A stretch of 64,000 nt of DNA from an uncultured beta proteobacterium (GCA_963828715.1 CAWHFX010000019.1:146734-210733); one strand, 5' to 3'; positions 29,037 through 39,097 are shown, numbered from the stretch's first letter. Notes: generated by a model from the sequence alone, not told the origin. Made by a program: numbers and translations.

Positions 29037-30176
29037 TCAATCGTCTTTCAGCAACTGGCCCGCAATGATGTTGCGCTGAATTTCCGACGAGCCTTCGTAG
29101 ATTCGCACGATGCGTGCATCTCGATAGGTCGTCTCGATGCCCGCTTCGCGCATGTAGCCCATGCCGCCGTGGATCTGCACCGCAGCATCCACGACGCGTG
29201 CCAGCGCCTCGGTCGCGAAAAGCTTCGCCGCTGACGCTTCCATCGTGCCGCGCTCGCCGCGCACGATCGCATCGATCGCACGCTGCGTGAGTCCGCGAGC
29301 GGCATCGCGTGCGACCGACATGTCCGCCAGCATCCATTGCAGGCCCTGGTGTTCGGCGAGCTTGCGCCCGCCCTGCGTGCGGATCTTCATGTAGTCGACG
29401 CTCTGCTGAATGAGCTTGTCCATGATGCCGCAGGAGCGCGCCGCCACCGTTACCCGCCCCGACGTGAGCGTCTTCAACGCCTGGATGTAGCCCATTCCTT
29501 CTGCGCCGAGGAGATTTTCGGCCGGCACTTCGCAGTCGCTGAACGCGAGCGGTGCGGTCGTGCAACCATGCATGCCCATCTTCAGTTCGTTGCGGCCGAT
29601 GGTGAAGCCGGGGAAGTCGCGCTGAACGATGAATGCCGAGATGCCCTTGATGCCCTTCGAGCGGTCCGTGATCGCCATCACCGTGAAGACCTGCGCGAGC
29701 CCCGCATTGGTGATGTAGATCTTCTCGCCGTTCAGCACGTAACGATCGCCTTTGCGGACCGCGCTCGTCCGCAGCGACGCCGGATCGGAGCCGGCCTGGG
29801 GTTCGGTCAGTGCGAAGGCGCCGATCCACTCGCCGCTCGCCATCTTCGGCAGATACTTGCGCTTCTGCTCGGCATTGCCGACCTGGACGATGCCGGTGCT
29901 GCTGATGCCGGTGTGGTTGCCGATCACGGTCGCGAAACCGTAGTTCGTCTGGCCCATCTCCTGCTCGACGGCGCACTTGCCCGCGAGATCGAGGCCGATG
30001 CCGCCGTACTCCTCGGGAATGGTCAAACCGAAGAGCCCGAGCTCCCGCGCTTTCTGCAGGAGATCGGCCGGCACCTCGTCGTTTTCTTCGATCCAGCGTG
30101 AGCGCGGATCGACTTCGGCGCGGATGAAGCGCCGGATCTCGTCACAGAACGCGCGAACTTCAGCTGTTACTGGCAT
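29037..30176 (-). CDS. Acyl-CoA dehydrogenase
   Basis: [56 protein letters not shown]. Confidence 0.95.
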   Translation of the reverse strand: MPVTAEVRAFCDEIRRFIRAEVDPRSRWIEENDEVPADLLQKARELGLFGLTIPEEYGGIGLDLAGKCAVEQEMGQTNYGFATVIGNHTGISSTGIVQVGNAEQKRKYLPKMASGEWIGAFALTEPQAGSDPASLRTSAVRKGDRYVLNGEKIYITNAGLAQVFTVMAITDRSKGIKGISAFIVQRDFPGFTIGRNELKMGMHGCTTAPLAFSDCEVPAENLLGAEGMGYIQALKTLTSGRVTVAARSCGIMDKLIQQSVDYMKIRTQGGRKLAEHQGLQWMLADMSVARDAARGLTQRAIDAIVRGERGTMEASAAKLFATEALARVVDAAVQIHGGMGYMREAGIETTYRDARIVRIYEGSSEIQRNIIAGQLLKDD

Positions 30177-30195
30177 GGTTTACCTCCTGCTATTC

Positions 30196-30233
30196 CCCTC
30201 ACCCCATCCCTCTCCCCGTATATGGGGCGAGGG
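30196..30233. repeat. BoxC-like palindromic element
   Basis: CCCCTCACCCCATCCCTCTCCCC-GTATAT-GGGGCGAGGG; near copy at 38832-38870. Confidence 0.7.
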
Positions 30234-30242
30234 CGGGTCTTT

Positions 30243-30306
30243 TCACTCGTCACTCGGTCACTACTCACTCGGTCACTCGTCACTCGTCACTCCGTCACTC
30301 GTCACT
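30243..30306. repeat. Tandem 7-8-mer array (TCACTCG)n, ~9 units
   Basis: tcactcg tcactcgg tcactac tcactcgg tcactcg tcactcg tcactccg tcactcg tcact; the last unit contains the ligase TGA stop. Confidence 0.9.
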
Positions 30307-32428
30307 GGCCCTTCAACTTGATCAACGCATCCGCCGCCACCACACCTCGACCCTTTTCCATCACGAACAACGGATTTATATCGAGCTCCGCCACGTGGTC
30401 CTGCACATCGACAGCGAGCGCGGAGAGCCTCACGATCGCATCGGCGAGCGCCTCGAGATCGGCCGGCGGCCTGCCGCGAATTCCCGTGAGCACGGGATAG
30501 CCCTTGATCTCCGCGATCATCTCGCGTGCGATCGCCGGCGTCACGGGCGCGAGCCGGAACGCGACGTCCTTCAACACTTCGGCGAAGATGCCGCCCAAGC
30601 CGAACATCACCGCCGGACCGAACAGCGGATCGTTGGTAACGCCGAGGATGACTTCGGTGCCGCCGCCCGCCATCTCCTGGACGAGCACGCCATCGATGCG
30701 CGCGGAGGGCAGATAGGCGCGCGCGTTGGCGACGATCTCGTCGTACGCCGCCGCGACCTCTGCATCGTCGCCCACGCCGATCCTGACCGCCTTCGCCTCG
30801 GTCTTGTGCGAGATATCCGGCGACTGCACCTTCAGCGCAACGGGATAGCCGATGCGCTTCGCAGTCGCAACCGCCTCGCTCACTGAAGTAGCCAGCGCTT
30901 CGCGGGTGACCGGGATGCCGTATTCGGCAAGAACGCGCTTCGCTTCGTATTCCGCCAGATCACCCGGGCGATCGGAAAGCAGCTCACGGGCGTTCGGCCG
31001 TTCGATCACAGGCGGCATGTCGCTGCGCTGCTGCTCGTAGCGCCGCTTCGCTTCCGCATACGACCACACGGCGAGCAGCGCACGCCCGCAGCGCACTGGA
31101 GACTTGTAGTGTGGCAGACCCGCTGCGTCCAATGCCGCATAACAATCCTTCGCCAGCTCGTCACGCGCGCTCCAGCACAGAAACAGCGGCTTCGTCGTCT
31201 TCTCCATGACTTCGACGATGCCCTGAGCAATGCTGTGCGCAAGCTCCCCCTGGAGCGAAGCGCTGATGAGCGCGAGGCAATCGACGTTCGGATCGTCCAC
31301 GATCACCTGCAGCGCGCGCTGCATGAGCGTGGTCTCGTTGAACACCGACGCGGTGACGTCGATCGGATTCAAGAGCGACCCGAACGAAGGCACGATCTCG
31401 CGCAGCTTCTCGAGTGTGGACGGCGCGAGCTGCGCGAGCGACATGCCGCCCGAGATGCACTCGTCCGTCATCAGTATGCCGGCACCGCCTGAAATGGTGA
31501 TGATCGCGAGACGCCCGCCGGCGGGAAGGCGGCCGCCACGAAAGGCGCGCCCCCAGTCGACGAGATCCTGGATGTCTTCGACCTGCACGATGCCGGTCTG
31601 CCTGAAGACGGCGCGATAAAGTGCCGTCGCACCGCCCAGGTTGGCGGTGTGCGAGGCTGCCGCACGCTGACCCTGCTCGGTGTTGCCGACCTTCCACATC
31701 AGGATGGGCTTGCCCGCGGCGAGCGCCTTCTCGCCCACTTCGCGCAGTCGCCGCGCGTCCTTAAGGCCCTCCACGTAGCCGGCGATCAGCGCGGTTTGCG
31801 GATCACGTATGAAGTACTCGATGAAGTCGAGCGCGGAGACGCCGATCTCGTTGCCCGTCGTGACCATCTGCCGGAAGTTGAGGCCGCCTTCCTTCGACGA
31901 GAGATTCATGACCGAGTAGCCGAAGCCGCCGGATTGCGACACCATGCTGACCGGTCCGGTTTCGTAGTCGGACTGGAAGATCGAGCCGAAGCCCGCGTAT
32001 ACGCGGTCGGCGACGTTGACCATGCCCTGGCAGTTCGGACCGACGATGCCGATGTTGAATTCGAGCGCGATCTTCATCAGCTCGTGTTGGAGCGCCGCGC
32101 CGGCGTCGCCGGTCTCCGAGAACCCGGAGCTGAAGATGATGACGTACGCCACACCCTTGCGACCGCACTCGCGCAGGATGTCCGCAACGCGTGCCGCATT
32201 GACGAGCACGAGCGCGAGATCCGGCGTGTCGGGAACGTCGCCGAGTGACGCATAGCACTTGAGCCCGCCCACTTCCTTGTAGCGCGGATTCACCGGGTAG
32301 AGCCGCCCGCGGTAGCCGTGCGACTGGAGATGCCTGAGCGGCTGCCCGCTGATCGTCGCAACGTCCTGCGATGCGCCGATGACCGCGATCGACTGCGGCG
32401 TAAAAAAGCGTTCGAGATCAGTGCGCAT
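30302..32428 (-). CDS. ADP-forming acetate/acyl-CoA ligase family protein
   Basis: PQSIAVIGAS, YPVNP, GPNCQG, SQSGG, ASHTA (phospho-His), ISGGAG, SHKTEA, FGLGG, ELDINP. Confidence 0.93.
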   Translation of the reverse strand: MRTDLERFFTPQSIAVIGASQDVATISGQPLRHLQSHGYRGRLYPVNPRYKEVGGLKCYASLGDVPDTPDLALVLVNAARVADILRECGRKGVAYVIIFSSGFSETGDAGAALQHELMKIALEFNIGIVGPNCQGMVNVADRVYAGFGSIFQSDYETGPVSMVSQSGGFGYSVMNLSSKEGGLNFRQMVTTGNEIGVSALDFIEYFIRDPQTALIAGYVEGLKDARRLREVGEKALAAGKPILMWKVGNTEQGQRAAASHTANLGGATALYRAVFRQTGIVQVEDIQDLVDWGRAFRGGRLPAGGRLAIITISGGAGILMTDECISGGMSLAQLAPSTLEKLREIVPSFGSLLNPIDVTASVFNETTLMQRALQVIVDDPNVDCLALISASLQGELAHSIAQGIVEVMEKTTKPLFLCWSARDELAKDCYAALDAAGLPHYKSPVRCGRALLAVWSYAEAKRRYEQQRSDMPPVIERPNARELLSDRPGDLAEYEAKRVLAEYGIPVTREALATSVSEAVATAKRIGYPVALKVQSPDISHKTEAKAVRIGVGDDAEVAAAYDEIVANARAYLPSARIDGVLVQEMAGGGTEVILGVTNDPLFGPAVMFGLGGIFAEVLKDVAFRLAPVTPAIAREMIAEIKGYPVLTGIRGRPPADLEALADAIVRLSALAVDVQDHVAELDINPLFVMEKGRGVVAADALIKLKGQ

Positions 32429-32557
32429 ACGGCAAAGGAGGACGATGAACCGGGAAGGAGCGGCAAGCGCGCGAGGCGTGAATCATATGCGGAGCGGCGG
32501 CACGGACTCAACCGCCGCCGGTGCTATCATTGCGCTCTTCGAGAAAACCGCCCCGCC

Positions 32558-33877
32558 ATGAGCATCGCAGCCACCGCCGACGCGCCGAAGACATTCAAGG
32601 AAGTCTGGCTCATCTCTGCAGGTCACGGGCTCACGCACTGGTATACGGCCACCTTCTATCTGCTGCTCCCGCTCATCGGCAAGGAGCTCGGGCTTTCGTA
32701 CGCGCAGATCGGCCTCATCATGACGGTGCAGCATTTCGCGGCGGCGGTCTCGAACCTGCCGGGCGGGATGATCGTCGATACGGTCGGGCAGAAGGGTTAC
32801 CTCATGGCCGCCTCGCTGTTCTGGGTCGGCGTGCCTTACGCGTTCATGAGCGTCACGCACGATTTCTGGATGCTGCTCATCTGCGTCACCCTGGTCGGCA
32901 TCGGCAATAACATCTGGCATCCGGCGGCGATTCCGACGCTCGCGTATCGATATCCGAAACGCAAAGGGCTCGTTCTCTCGTTCCACGGTATGGGCGGCAA
33001 TCTGGGTGAAGCCTTCGCACCTGTCGTGGTCGGCGCGCTGCTGGCAGCGTTTTCGTGGCGCGAAGTCGTCGTCATCAACGTGGTTCCCGGCGTCACGATG
33101 GCAGTGCTGATCCTCGTCATGCTCGGCGCGTTCGCGACCGGCAAATCGGCGGATTCGATCAATGCCGCAGGCGACCAGCGCAACGTGCGCGAATACATGA
33201 AGGACGTGTGGAAGCTCCTGCAGAACCAGGGGCTCATGATGGTGAGCCTGAGCGCATCGCTGCGCACGATGACACAGGCCGGACTGCTTACCTTCCTCCC
33301 GGTCTACCTCGCGTACGAGCTCGGCTACTCCACCGTGGTCGTCGGTATCTGCATGACGGTCATACAGGTCGCGGGCTTCGTGGCCGGCCCTGTCGGCGGC
33401 TACCTTTCGGACAAGATGGGCCGCCGCCGCGTCGTCATGTCGAGCATGATCCTGAGCGGTGTCATGGTGGTCGGTATGGTGCTCGCGGGGAAAAGCCCGC
33501 TGTTCGTCGTCTTCATCGCGCTGATCGGGTTTTTCCTCTACGGCATGCGTTCCGTGCTGCAGGCATGGGCCATCGAGGTGACGCCGCGCAATCTCGCCGG
33601 CGCGGGCGTCGGCGTGCAGTTCGGCGTGACTTCGCTCGGTTCGGCCATCTCCCCGGTCCTGTTCGGCATCGTGGCGGACGCAACCAGTCTCTACACCGGT
33701 TTCTACCTCCTCGCCGGCATCATTCTGTTCGCAAACCTGCTCGTCTTTTTCATGCCGGACGAGACCGCACCCTCCGCCATCAGAGGAAAAGAGGTTACGG
33801 AGAGAAACCGTGGTCCTCTGTTCCGCAGGCCGGCGGGCCCGAGCCTTAGGCGAGCGCCGCCCCCCGGCAGCGTATAA
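32558..33877 (+). CDS. MFS transporter (Fsr-like)
   Basis: ATG 32558; GHGLTHWY, GIGNNIWHPAA, FHGMGGNLG, GYLSDKMGRR; the last ~30 aa run through a repeat element. Confidence 0.88.
   Translation: MSIAATADAPKTFKEVWLISAGHGLTHWYTATFYLLLPLIGKELGLSYAQIGLIMTVQHFAAAVSNLPGGMIVDTVGQKGYLMAASLFWVGVPYAFMSVTHDFWMLLICVTLVGIGNNIWHPAAIPTLAYRYPKRKGLVLSFHGMGGNLGEAFAPVVVGALLAAFSWREVVVINVVPGVTMAVLILVMLGAFATGKSADSINAAGDQRNVREYMKDVWKLLQNQGLMMVSLSASLRTMTQAGLLTFLPVYLAYELGYSTVVVGICMTVIQVAGFVAGPVGGYLSDKMGRRRVVMSSMILSGVMVVGMVLAGKSPLFVVFIALIGFFLYGMRSVLQAWAIEVTPRNLAGAGVGVQFGVTSLGSAISPVLFGIVADATSLYTGFYLLAGIILFANLLVFFMPDETAPSAIRGKEVTERNRGPLFRRPAGPSLRRAPPPGSV
33785..33865 (+). repeat. ~90-bp two-hairpin dispersed repeat, copy 1
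   Basis: GGAAAAGAGGTTACGGAG...CCTCTGTTCCG...GGCGAGCGCCGCCCC; aligns with 41588-41674 (-) and 55838-55902 (+). Confidence 0.75.
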
Positions 33878-33913
33878 TGTCGGGTTTGTTTGGACGAGTG
33901 GAGCACGAGTCTC

Positions 33914-34471
33914 ATGCGAACCGAAGTGCACGTGCATGGCAGCATTTTCCTGTGCAAGGGCGTGCGGCTTTCCCAGGTGGATCAATCCATGCGGCCGTGG
34001 CTGGATTACCTGGACGTGGACACGATCGCCGACGCGCACAGCCTCGAGCGCGAAGAGCCGGGCATCAGCTTCGATTCGAAGGAGCGGGTGCTGAATGTCT
34101 GCTGGACGGGTGAAGTCGGCCGCAGCTTTCAAAGCCGGCTCACCGAAGCGTTTCACAATCTCGGACCACTCACGGAATACGCTTCGGAGGTGGAAGTCAC
34201 GTACTACCCCGAGGGCGCCGACGACGAGTTCTATCAGATGTTCGTCGGCCCGAGCGCCGAAGCCATCCACGAGTTTCGCCGCCAGTGCGTGGTGGAAGAC
34301 GTGAGCAATCTCCTCTCGCGGCACCTCGGCAAGCCCGAGGTCGAACAGGTCGCCGGCCTCATCAACAAGCTATTCGACGCGAGCACGGCGATACGGCCGG
34401 AGGGCGATCGCGAGAGCACGGTCACCTCGACGGTGATACCGCTGCATCCGCGGAACAAGCATCTGCACTGA
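33914..34471 (+). CDS. Conserved hypothetical protein (resembles DUF6806 family)
   Basis: MRTEVHVHG..., EREEPGISFD, CWTG, FVGPS; TATAAT upstream and a terminator downstream; family name from recall. Confidence 0.65.
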   Translation: MRTEVHVHGSIFLCKGVRLSQVDQSMRPWLDYLDVDTIADAHSLEREEPGISFDSKERVLNVCWTGEVGRSFQSRLTEAFHNLGPLTEYASEVEVTYYPEGADDEFYQMFVGPSAEAIHEFRRQCVVEDVSNLLSRHLGKPEVEQVAGLINKLFDASTAIRPEGDRESTVTSTVIPLHPRNKHLH

Positions 34472-34486
34472 CGAACCATACGCGCC

Positions 34487-34519
34487 ATAAAAAGGGCTGC
34501 GACTGCAGCCCTTTTTTAT
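34487..34519. terminator. Bidirectional rho-independent terminator
   Basis: ATAAAAAGGGCTGC-GACT-GCAGCCCTTTTTTAT between convergent genes. Confidence 0.9.
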
Positions 34520-34616
34520 TGCCGGCCGACCACTGCGCTCGCCTCGACCGCCGTTCACGGGTCGCAGGCCACCTGTGATCGACACCAGCCACGAATCGCG
34601 GTTCACCCATCGCGTG

Positions 34617-35588
34617 TCACGGGTCCGCCCGGATACCCGCCTGGCGAATGACCTTGCTCCACTTCACGAGATCGCTCTTCAAGAATGCCGCGAGCTCGCC
34701 TGGCGGCATGTAGAACGAATCGTAGCCGAGGGCGCGTAGCTTTTCGCTTACGTCCGGCGCCTGCAGGATCTTTTTCACTTCCGCGTGCAGGCGTTCGACA
34801 ACGTCGCTCGGCAAGCCAGCCGGCCCCAACACCGCGAACCACGATCCGACCTCCACACCCGGCAAGCCGGCCTGCGTCATCGTGGGAATGTCGGGCGCAA
34901 GGGCGGAGCGCCTGGCACTCGTGATCGCCAGTGCTCGCAGCTTCCCTGCGGTCACGTAAGACATCGCGGCCTGCACCGTCGGGAACATCAGCAGAATGTG
35001 CCCGCCAACGAGATCGGTAGTCGCCGGCCCGGCGCCCTTGTACGGCACATGTACGATCTGAACGCCCGCGACTGATTTGAAGAGCTCGCCCGCGAGATGG
35101 CCCGACGTGCCGTTCCCCGGCGACGCGTAGTTGAGCTCCCCGGGTTTCGCTTTCGCGAGAGCGACCAGCTCCTTCACCGATTTAACGGGCAATGACGGAT
35201 GCACCGCGGCCAGCAGCGGCGCTGCCGCCGTGCCCGCTATCGGCGTGAAGTCCCGGATGGGGTCGTAAGGCAGCGAGCTGTAAAGCGTCGGGTTGACCGT
35301 ATGCGCACTGGGCGCCATCAGGAGCATGTAACCGTCAGGCGGGGCTTTGGCGACGACGGCCGTGCCGATCGTGGTGTTGCCCCCCGGTCGATTGTCCACG
35401 ATCACCGGCTGGTGAAACTGCGCCGACAGCTTCGCCGCGACGATACGGCTCAACGTATCGTTCGCGCCGCCGGGAGGCACCGGCACGACGATTCGGATGG
35501 ATTTGGCGGGATAGTCCTGCGCCGGCGCGAGACCGCCAGTCGCGGCCGAGAGTAACGCGAAAAACGCATGTGCGATCCTGCGTCGCAT
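34617..35588 (-). CDS. Bug/TctC substrate-binding protein
   Basis: YPAKSIRIVVP, PGGAND, DNRPGG, PDGY, LNYASPG, HVPYKG. Confidence 0.93.
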   Translation of the reverse strand: MRRRIAHAFFALLSAATGGLAPAQDYPAKSIRIVVPVPPGGANDTLSRIVAAKLSAQFHQPVIVDNRPGGNTTIGTAVVAKAPPDGYMLLMAPSAHTVNPTLYSSLPYDPIRDFTPIAGTAAAPLLAAVHPSLPVKSVKELVALAKAKPGELNYASPGNGTSGHLAGELFKSVAGVQIVHVPYKGAGPATTDLVGGHILLMFPTVQAAMSYVTAGKLRALAITSARRSALAPDIPTMTQAGLPGVEVGSWFAVLGPAGLPSDVVERLHAEVKKILQAPDVSEKLRALGYDSFYMPPGELAAFLKSDLVKWSKVIRQAGIRADP

Positions 35589-35681
35589 GAGCAGCTTCGC
35601 CGGCGACTTCACGTGCGCGCCCGCCTGGTACAGGGCCGTCAGCGCGTTCGCCGTGTCGAAGCTCCGCATCTTAATCAACTT

Positions 35682-37772
35682 TCACTTTCCTTTCGACTTT
35701 CCGAATACGACCAGTCCGTCGACGGCGACGACACCGCCGCCTTCCTGCTTCACGATCAGCGGGTTGATCTCGGCATCGGTCACCGTGCGCGATTCGACGT
35801 GCGCCAGCAGCGATATCGCACGCAGTGACGCCGCCAGTGCATCGATGTCGCCACGCGGGAGGTTGCGGAACCCGCACAGAATCGCGAGCTCCCTCACCTC
35901 GCCGATCATTTCGTGCGCGGTTGCGAGCGTAATGGGCGCAAGCCGCACGGTCCTGCTCCTCGAAATCTCGGCGGTGATGCCGCCCATGCCGAGCATCACG
36001 ATCGGACCCACTTCCAGGTCCCTGCGGTAGCCGACGATCACTTCGGCAAGGCCGCGCTGCATCTGCTGCACCAGCACGCCGTCAACGCGCGCCGCGGGAA
36101 AACGCTTGCGTGCGTCTTCCAGCATCGTGTGCGCCTCGGCGACCACGTGCTCGCGCGCCACGTCGAGCTTGACCATCCCGGCGTCCGTCTTGTGCAGGAT
36201 GTCGGGCGACAGGAGCTTGACCGCGAACGGCCCCGGAAGGTCGATGCGGTCGGATGCAGAACACACGACGCAATGCGCGGCGACCGGTATGCCAAGCGCC
36301 TCGAACAGCGTTCCGGCCTCACGCTCGTTCAGCCGCTCGCCGGTTGTCGCAGCGAGATACTCGTTCGCACGCTCGCCCTCTTCCGTCTTGTCCGGCCGCT
36401 CGCCCGGCGCGCGCCAGTTGAGGTAGGCATTGATGGCGTCCGCGCATGATTCGGGTGTCCGAAAACTCGCAACGCCACTTTTCTGCAACGCCAGCAGCGC
36501 GTCGTCGGCACGTGGCGCGACGAACACGGCGAGCGGCTTTCGCCCGCGTGGTTTGGCCGCCAAGACCCGGTCGACGATCGTCTGCGGATTCTGCGCACTC
36601 GAGCCGATCACCGATACGACGGCATCCGTATGATCCGACGCGAGCAGCGCCGAGAGAATGTCGGGATAACGCGCAGACCCGCGTCCGATCGGAATATCGG
36701 TGAGAGGCGCGTCGGATACGCGAATGTCCTTCGCGGCCAGCTCGGCGATCACCTCCGGCGAGGGACCGACCACGTCAGCGCCGAGCACGCCGAGCCGGTC
36801 CACGACCATCGCGGCCGCGCCGCCGGTGCCCGTCACTACCGACGCTCGCTTGGCGCGCGGCGGTTTCTGCCCGGTGACGAGCTGCACCGTTTCGAACAGC
36901 GCCTCGAACGTATCGACGCGGATGATGCCGTGCTCGCGGAAGAACGCGGTGGCGATTTCGTCCGGCCCGGTCAGCGCGCCGGTGTGAGACATAGCCGCCT
37001 GACGCCCAACCCCCGAGCGTCCGAGCTTGAACGCGATCACCGGCTTGCCGGCCGTATAGGCGCACCGGCCGGCTGCGCCGAGTCGGTCGGCATCGCGAAA
37101 TGCTTCGAGGAAGAGAAGGATGGCCCCGGTCGTCTCGTCGTCGACGAGCATGTGGGCCAGCTCGCCTACCCCGAGGTCGCATTCGTTGCCCACCGAAATG
37201 AGCTTCGAGAATCCGAGCCCGCGTGCCTGTGCCCGCGACAGGACGCTGCCCAGCGTGCTGCCGCTTTGCGTTATGAGGCTCAAGCCTCCCGGCACCAGTT
37301 CTTCGCGCTCGATGACGGCGTTGACCGTGAGCGGTATGCCGTCGTGAACGTTGACGACACCCATGCAGTTGGGACCGAGGAGGCGCAGGCCACCGGCGTG
37401 CGCGCGCTCGACGAGCCGACGCTGGCGTCGCAGGCCTTCCTCGCCGAGCTCTGCGAATCCGGCCGTGAACAGCGTCGCGACGGGCACGCGCAGCTCGCAG
37501 CACTGCTCGATCACGTCCGGAACCGCGCTGGCCGGCACCATCACGAACGCATGATCGATGGGACCGGGAGCGGACTTCAGATCCGGGTAGGCGCGCTCGC
37601 CGAGGATCTCGTTCCGCGTCGGGTTGATCGGGAGCACCCGGCCCGCATATCCGAAGCGCTTCAGAAACCGCTGCGGTCGCGAGTTGACCTTCGTGAGGTC
37701 GGGTGTCGCGCCGAGGAGGGCGATGGATCGCGGACGAAACAGCGCCTCTTTCAATGTCGCATCGATCGTCAC
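35682..37772 (-). CDS. ADP-forming acetate/acyl-CoA ligase family protein
   Basis: PRSIALLGA, GPNCMG, TQSGS, MSHTGAL, HKTDAG, MLGMGG, AEINPL. Confidence 0.92.
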   Translation of the reverse strand: MTIDATLKEALFRPRSIALLGATPDLTKVNSRPQRFLKRFGYAGRVLPINPTRNEILGERAYPDLKSAPGPIDHAFVMVPASAVPDVIEQCCELRVPVATLFTAGFAELGEEGLRRQRRLVERAHAGGLRLLGPNCMGVVNVHDGIPLTVNAVIEREELVPGGLSLITQSGSTLGSVLSRAQARGLGFSKLISVGNECDLGVGELAHMLVDDETTGAILLFLEAFRDADRLGAAGRCAYTAGKPVIAFKLGRSGVGRQAAMSHTGALTGPDEIATAFFREHGIIRVDTFEALFETVQLVTGQKPPRAKRASVVTGTGGAAAMVVDRLGVLGADVVGPSPEVIAELAAKDIRVSDAPLTDIPIGRGSARYPDILSALLASDHTDAVVSVIGSSAQNPQTIVDRVLAAKPRGRKPLAVFVAPRADDALLALQKSGVASFRTPESCADAINAYLNWRAPGERPDKTEEGERANEYLAATTGERLNEREAGTLFEALGIPVAAHCVVCSASDRIDLPGPFAVKLLSPDILHKTDAGMVKLDVAREHVVAEAHTMLEDARKRFPAARVDGVLVQQMQRGLAEVIVGYRRDLEVGPIVMLGMGGITAEISRSRTVRLAPITLATAHEMIGEVRELAILCGFRNLPRGDIDALAASLRAISLLAHVESRTVTDAEINPLIVKQEGGGVVAVDGLVVFGKSKGK

Positions 37773-37903
37773 TCACTGATCCTTGCACCGTGATTTTGTA
37801 TTTTAGCCGGCCCCGGCGCGTAAACTGCGCTTTCCCGCGGACCCGGTTTACATCTCACCACCCGGCGCCAGCAACGCGCCGGAACTCACGTTGGAGCTGA
37901 CCG

Positions 37904-38815
37904 ATGCCGACCGAACTGCGCGTGTGGCGCTCGCTCATGTACGTCCCCGTGAATGTCGAGAAGTACGTGGACAAGGCGCACACGCGCGGCGCTGACGTGA
38001 TTCAGCTCGATCTGGAGGACAGCGTGCCGCCGGCGGAAAAAGAGCGTGCGCGCACGCTCATCGAGACGGCAGCGGCCCGCGTACGCCGTGGCGGCGCCGA
38101 CATTGTCGTGCGAATCAACCGGCCGCTTTCACTGGCGGTGCGCGATCTCGAGCACGCTATCTGCCGTGACGTGGACGGCGTTGCACTCACGAAAATCGAC
38201 AGTGCTTCGCACGTGAAGCTGCTCGACGAGCTCGTCAGCGAAATCGAACAGAAGAAGGGTCTCGAGATCGGCCACACGAAGTTCATCACGATGATCGAGA
38301 CCGCCGATGCATTCGCGCGCATCGACGAGATCCCGCGCGCGAGCCCTCGGGTCGTCGCCATGAATATCGGAGGCGAAGATTTCGCATTGGACTGCGACAT
38401 GCAACCGGACGACGACGTCCTGCTGCATCCCAAGCAGCGCATGATCATCGCTGCAAGAGCGGCAGGCGTCATGCCTCTCGGGTTCATCGGAACGGTGGCC
38501 GGCTTCGGCGATTGGGACCAGTTCCGGGCCATGGTGCGCCGTTCCAGACGCTTCGGATTCGACGGTGCGGGCTGCATTCACCCGGGCCAGGTCGCCATCG
38601 TGAACGAAGAATATTCCCCGCGCGAGGAAGACATCGCCTACGCGCGGAAGATCGTCGCTATGAATACGCAGACGCTGCAGTCCGGCCGCGGCTCTTTTGC
38701 GCTCGACGGCAAGATGATCGATATTCCGATTATCGTGCGCGCCGATAAATTGATCGCGAGACACGAAGCGATCAAGCGTCGCGAGGCAGCGACGCTCGCC
38801 GCGATGGAAAGCTGA
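37904..38815 (+). CDS. CitE/HpcH-HpaI family CoA-ester lyase
   Basis: RSLMYVP, DLEDSV, VRIN, MIET, GGEDF, GFDG..CIHPGQ, DGKMID. Confidence 0.92.
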   Translation: MPTELRVWRSLMYVPVNVEKYVDKAHTRGADVIQLDLEDSVPPAEKERARTLIETAAARVRRGGADIVVRINRPLSLAVRDLEHAICRDVDGVALTKIDSASHVKLLDELVSEIEQKKGLEIGHTKFITMIETADAFARIDEIPRASPRVVAMNIGGEDFALDCDMQPDDDVLLHPKQRMIIAARAAGVMPLGFIGTVAGFGDWDQFRAMVRRSRRFGFDGAGCIHPGQVAIVNEEYSPREEDIAYARKIVAMNTQTLQSGRGSFALDGKMIDIPIIVRADKLIARHEAIKRREAATLAAMES

Positions 38816-38831
38816 GTGGCGTTGGCGCTTT

Positions 38832-38870
38832 CCCCTCACCCTAACCCTCTCCCCGAGTACGGGAGAGGGG
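38832..38870. repeat. BoxC-like palindromic element
   Basis: CCCCTCACCCTAACCCTCTCCCC-GAGTAC-GGGAGAGGGG. Confidence 0.72.
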
Positions 38871-38933
38871 ACGTTTCTCGGCACCCGCACCCATCATCCC
38901 GTCGCACTTCCCCTGCACGCCTCACCCTTCACC

Positions 38934-39080
38934 CCATCACCCATCACCCATCACCCGTCACCCGTCACCCATCACCCGTCACCCGTCACCCATCACCCGT
39001 CACCCATCACCCGTCACCCATCACCCATCACCCGTCACTCACCACTCTCCACCCGTCACTCACCACTCTTCACCCATCAC
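38934..39080. repeat. Heptamer tandem array (CCRTCAC)x15 followed by two 21-bp degenerate units
   Basis: 15 consecutive CCATCAC/CCGTCAC units at 38934-39038, then TCACCACTCTYCACCCRTCAC x2. Confidence 0.95.
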
Positions 39081-39097
39081 TCTTCGCCCATCAACTT

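Noticed and set aside
28186..29976. Long alternative-frame and antisense ORFs (e.g. 596 aa, also 32483-34324, 18546-20015, 24303-25841)
   Set aside because: Arg/Ala-rich shadow ORFs typical of high-GC DNA, overlapping well-supported genes
38934..39080. Possible CRISPR array
   Set aside because: Contiguous 7-bp units with no unique spacers, and no cas genes in the window
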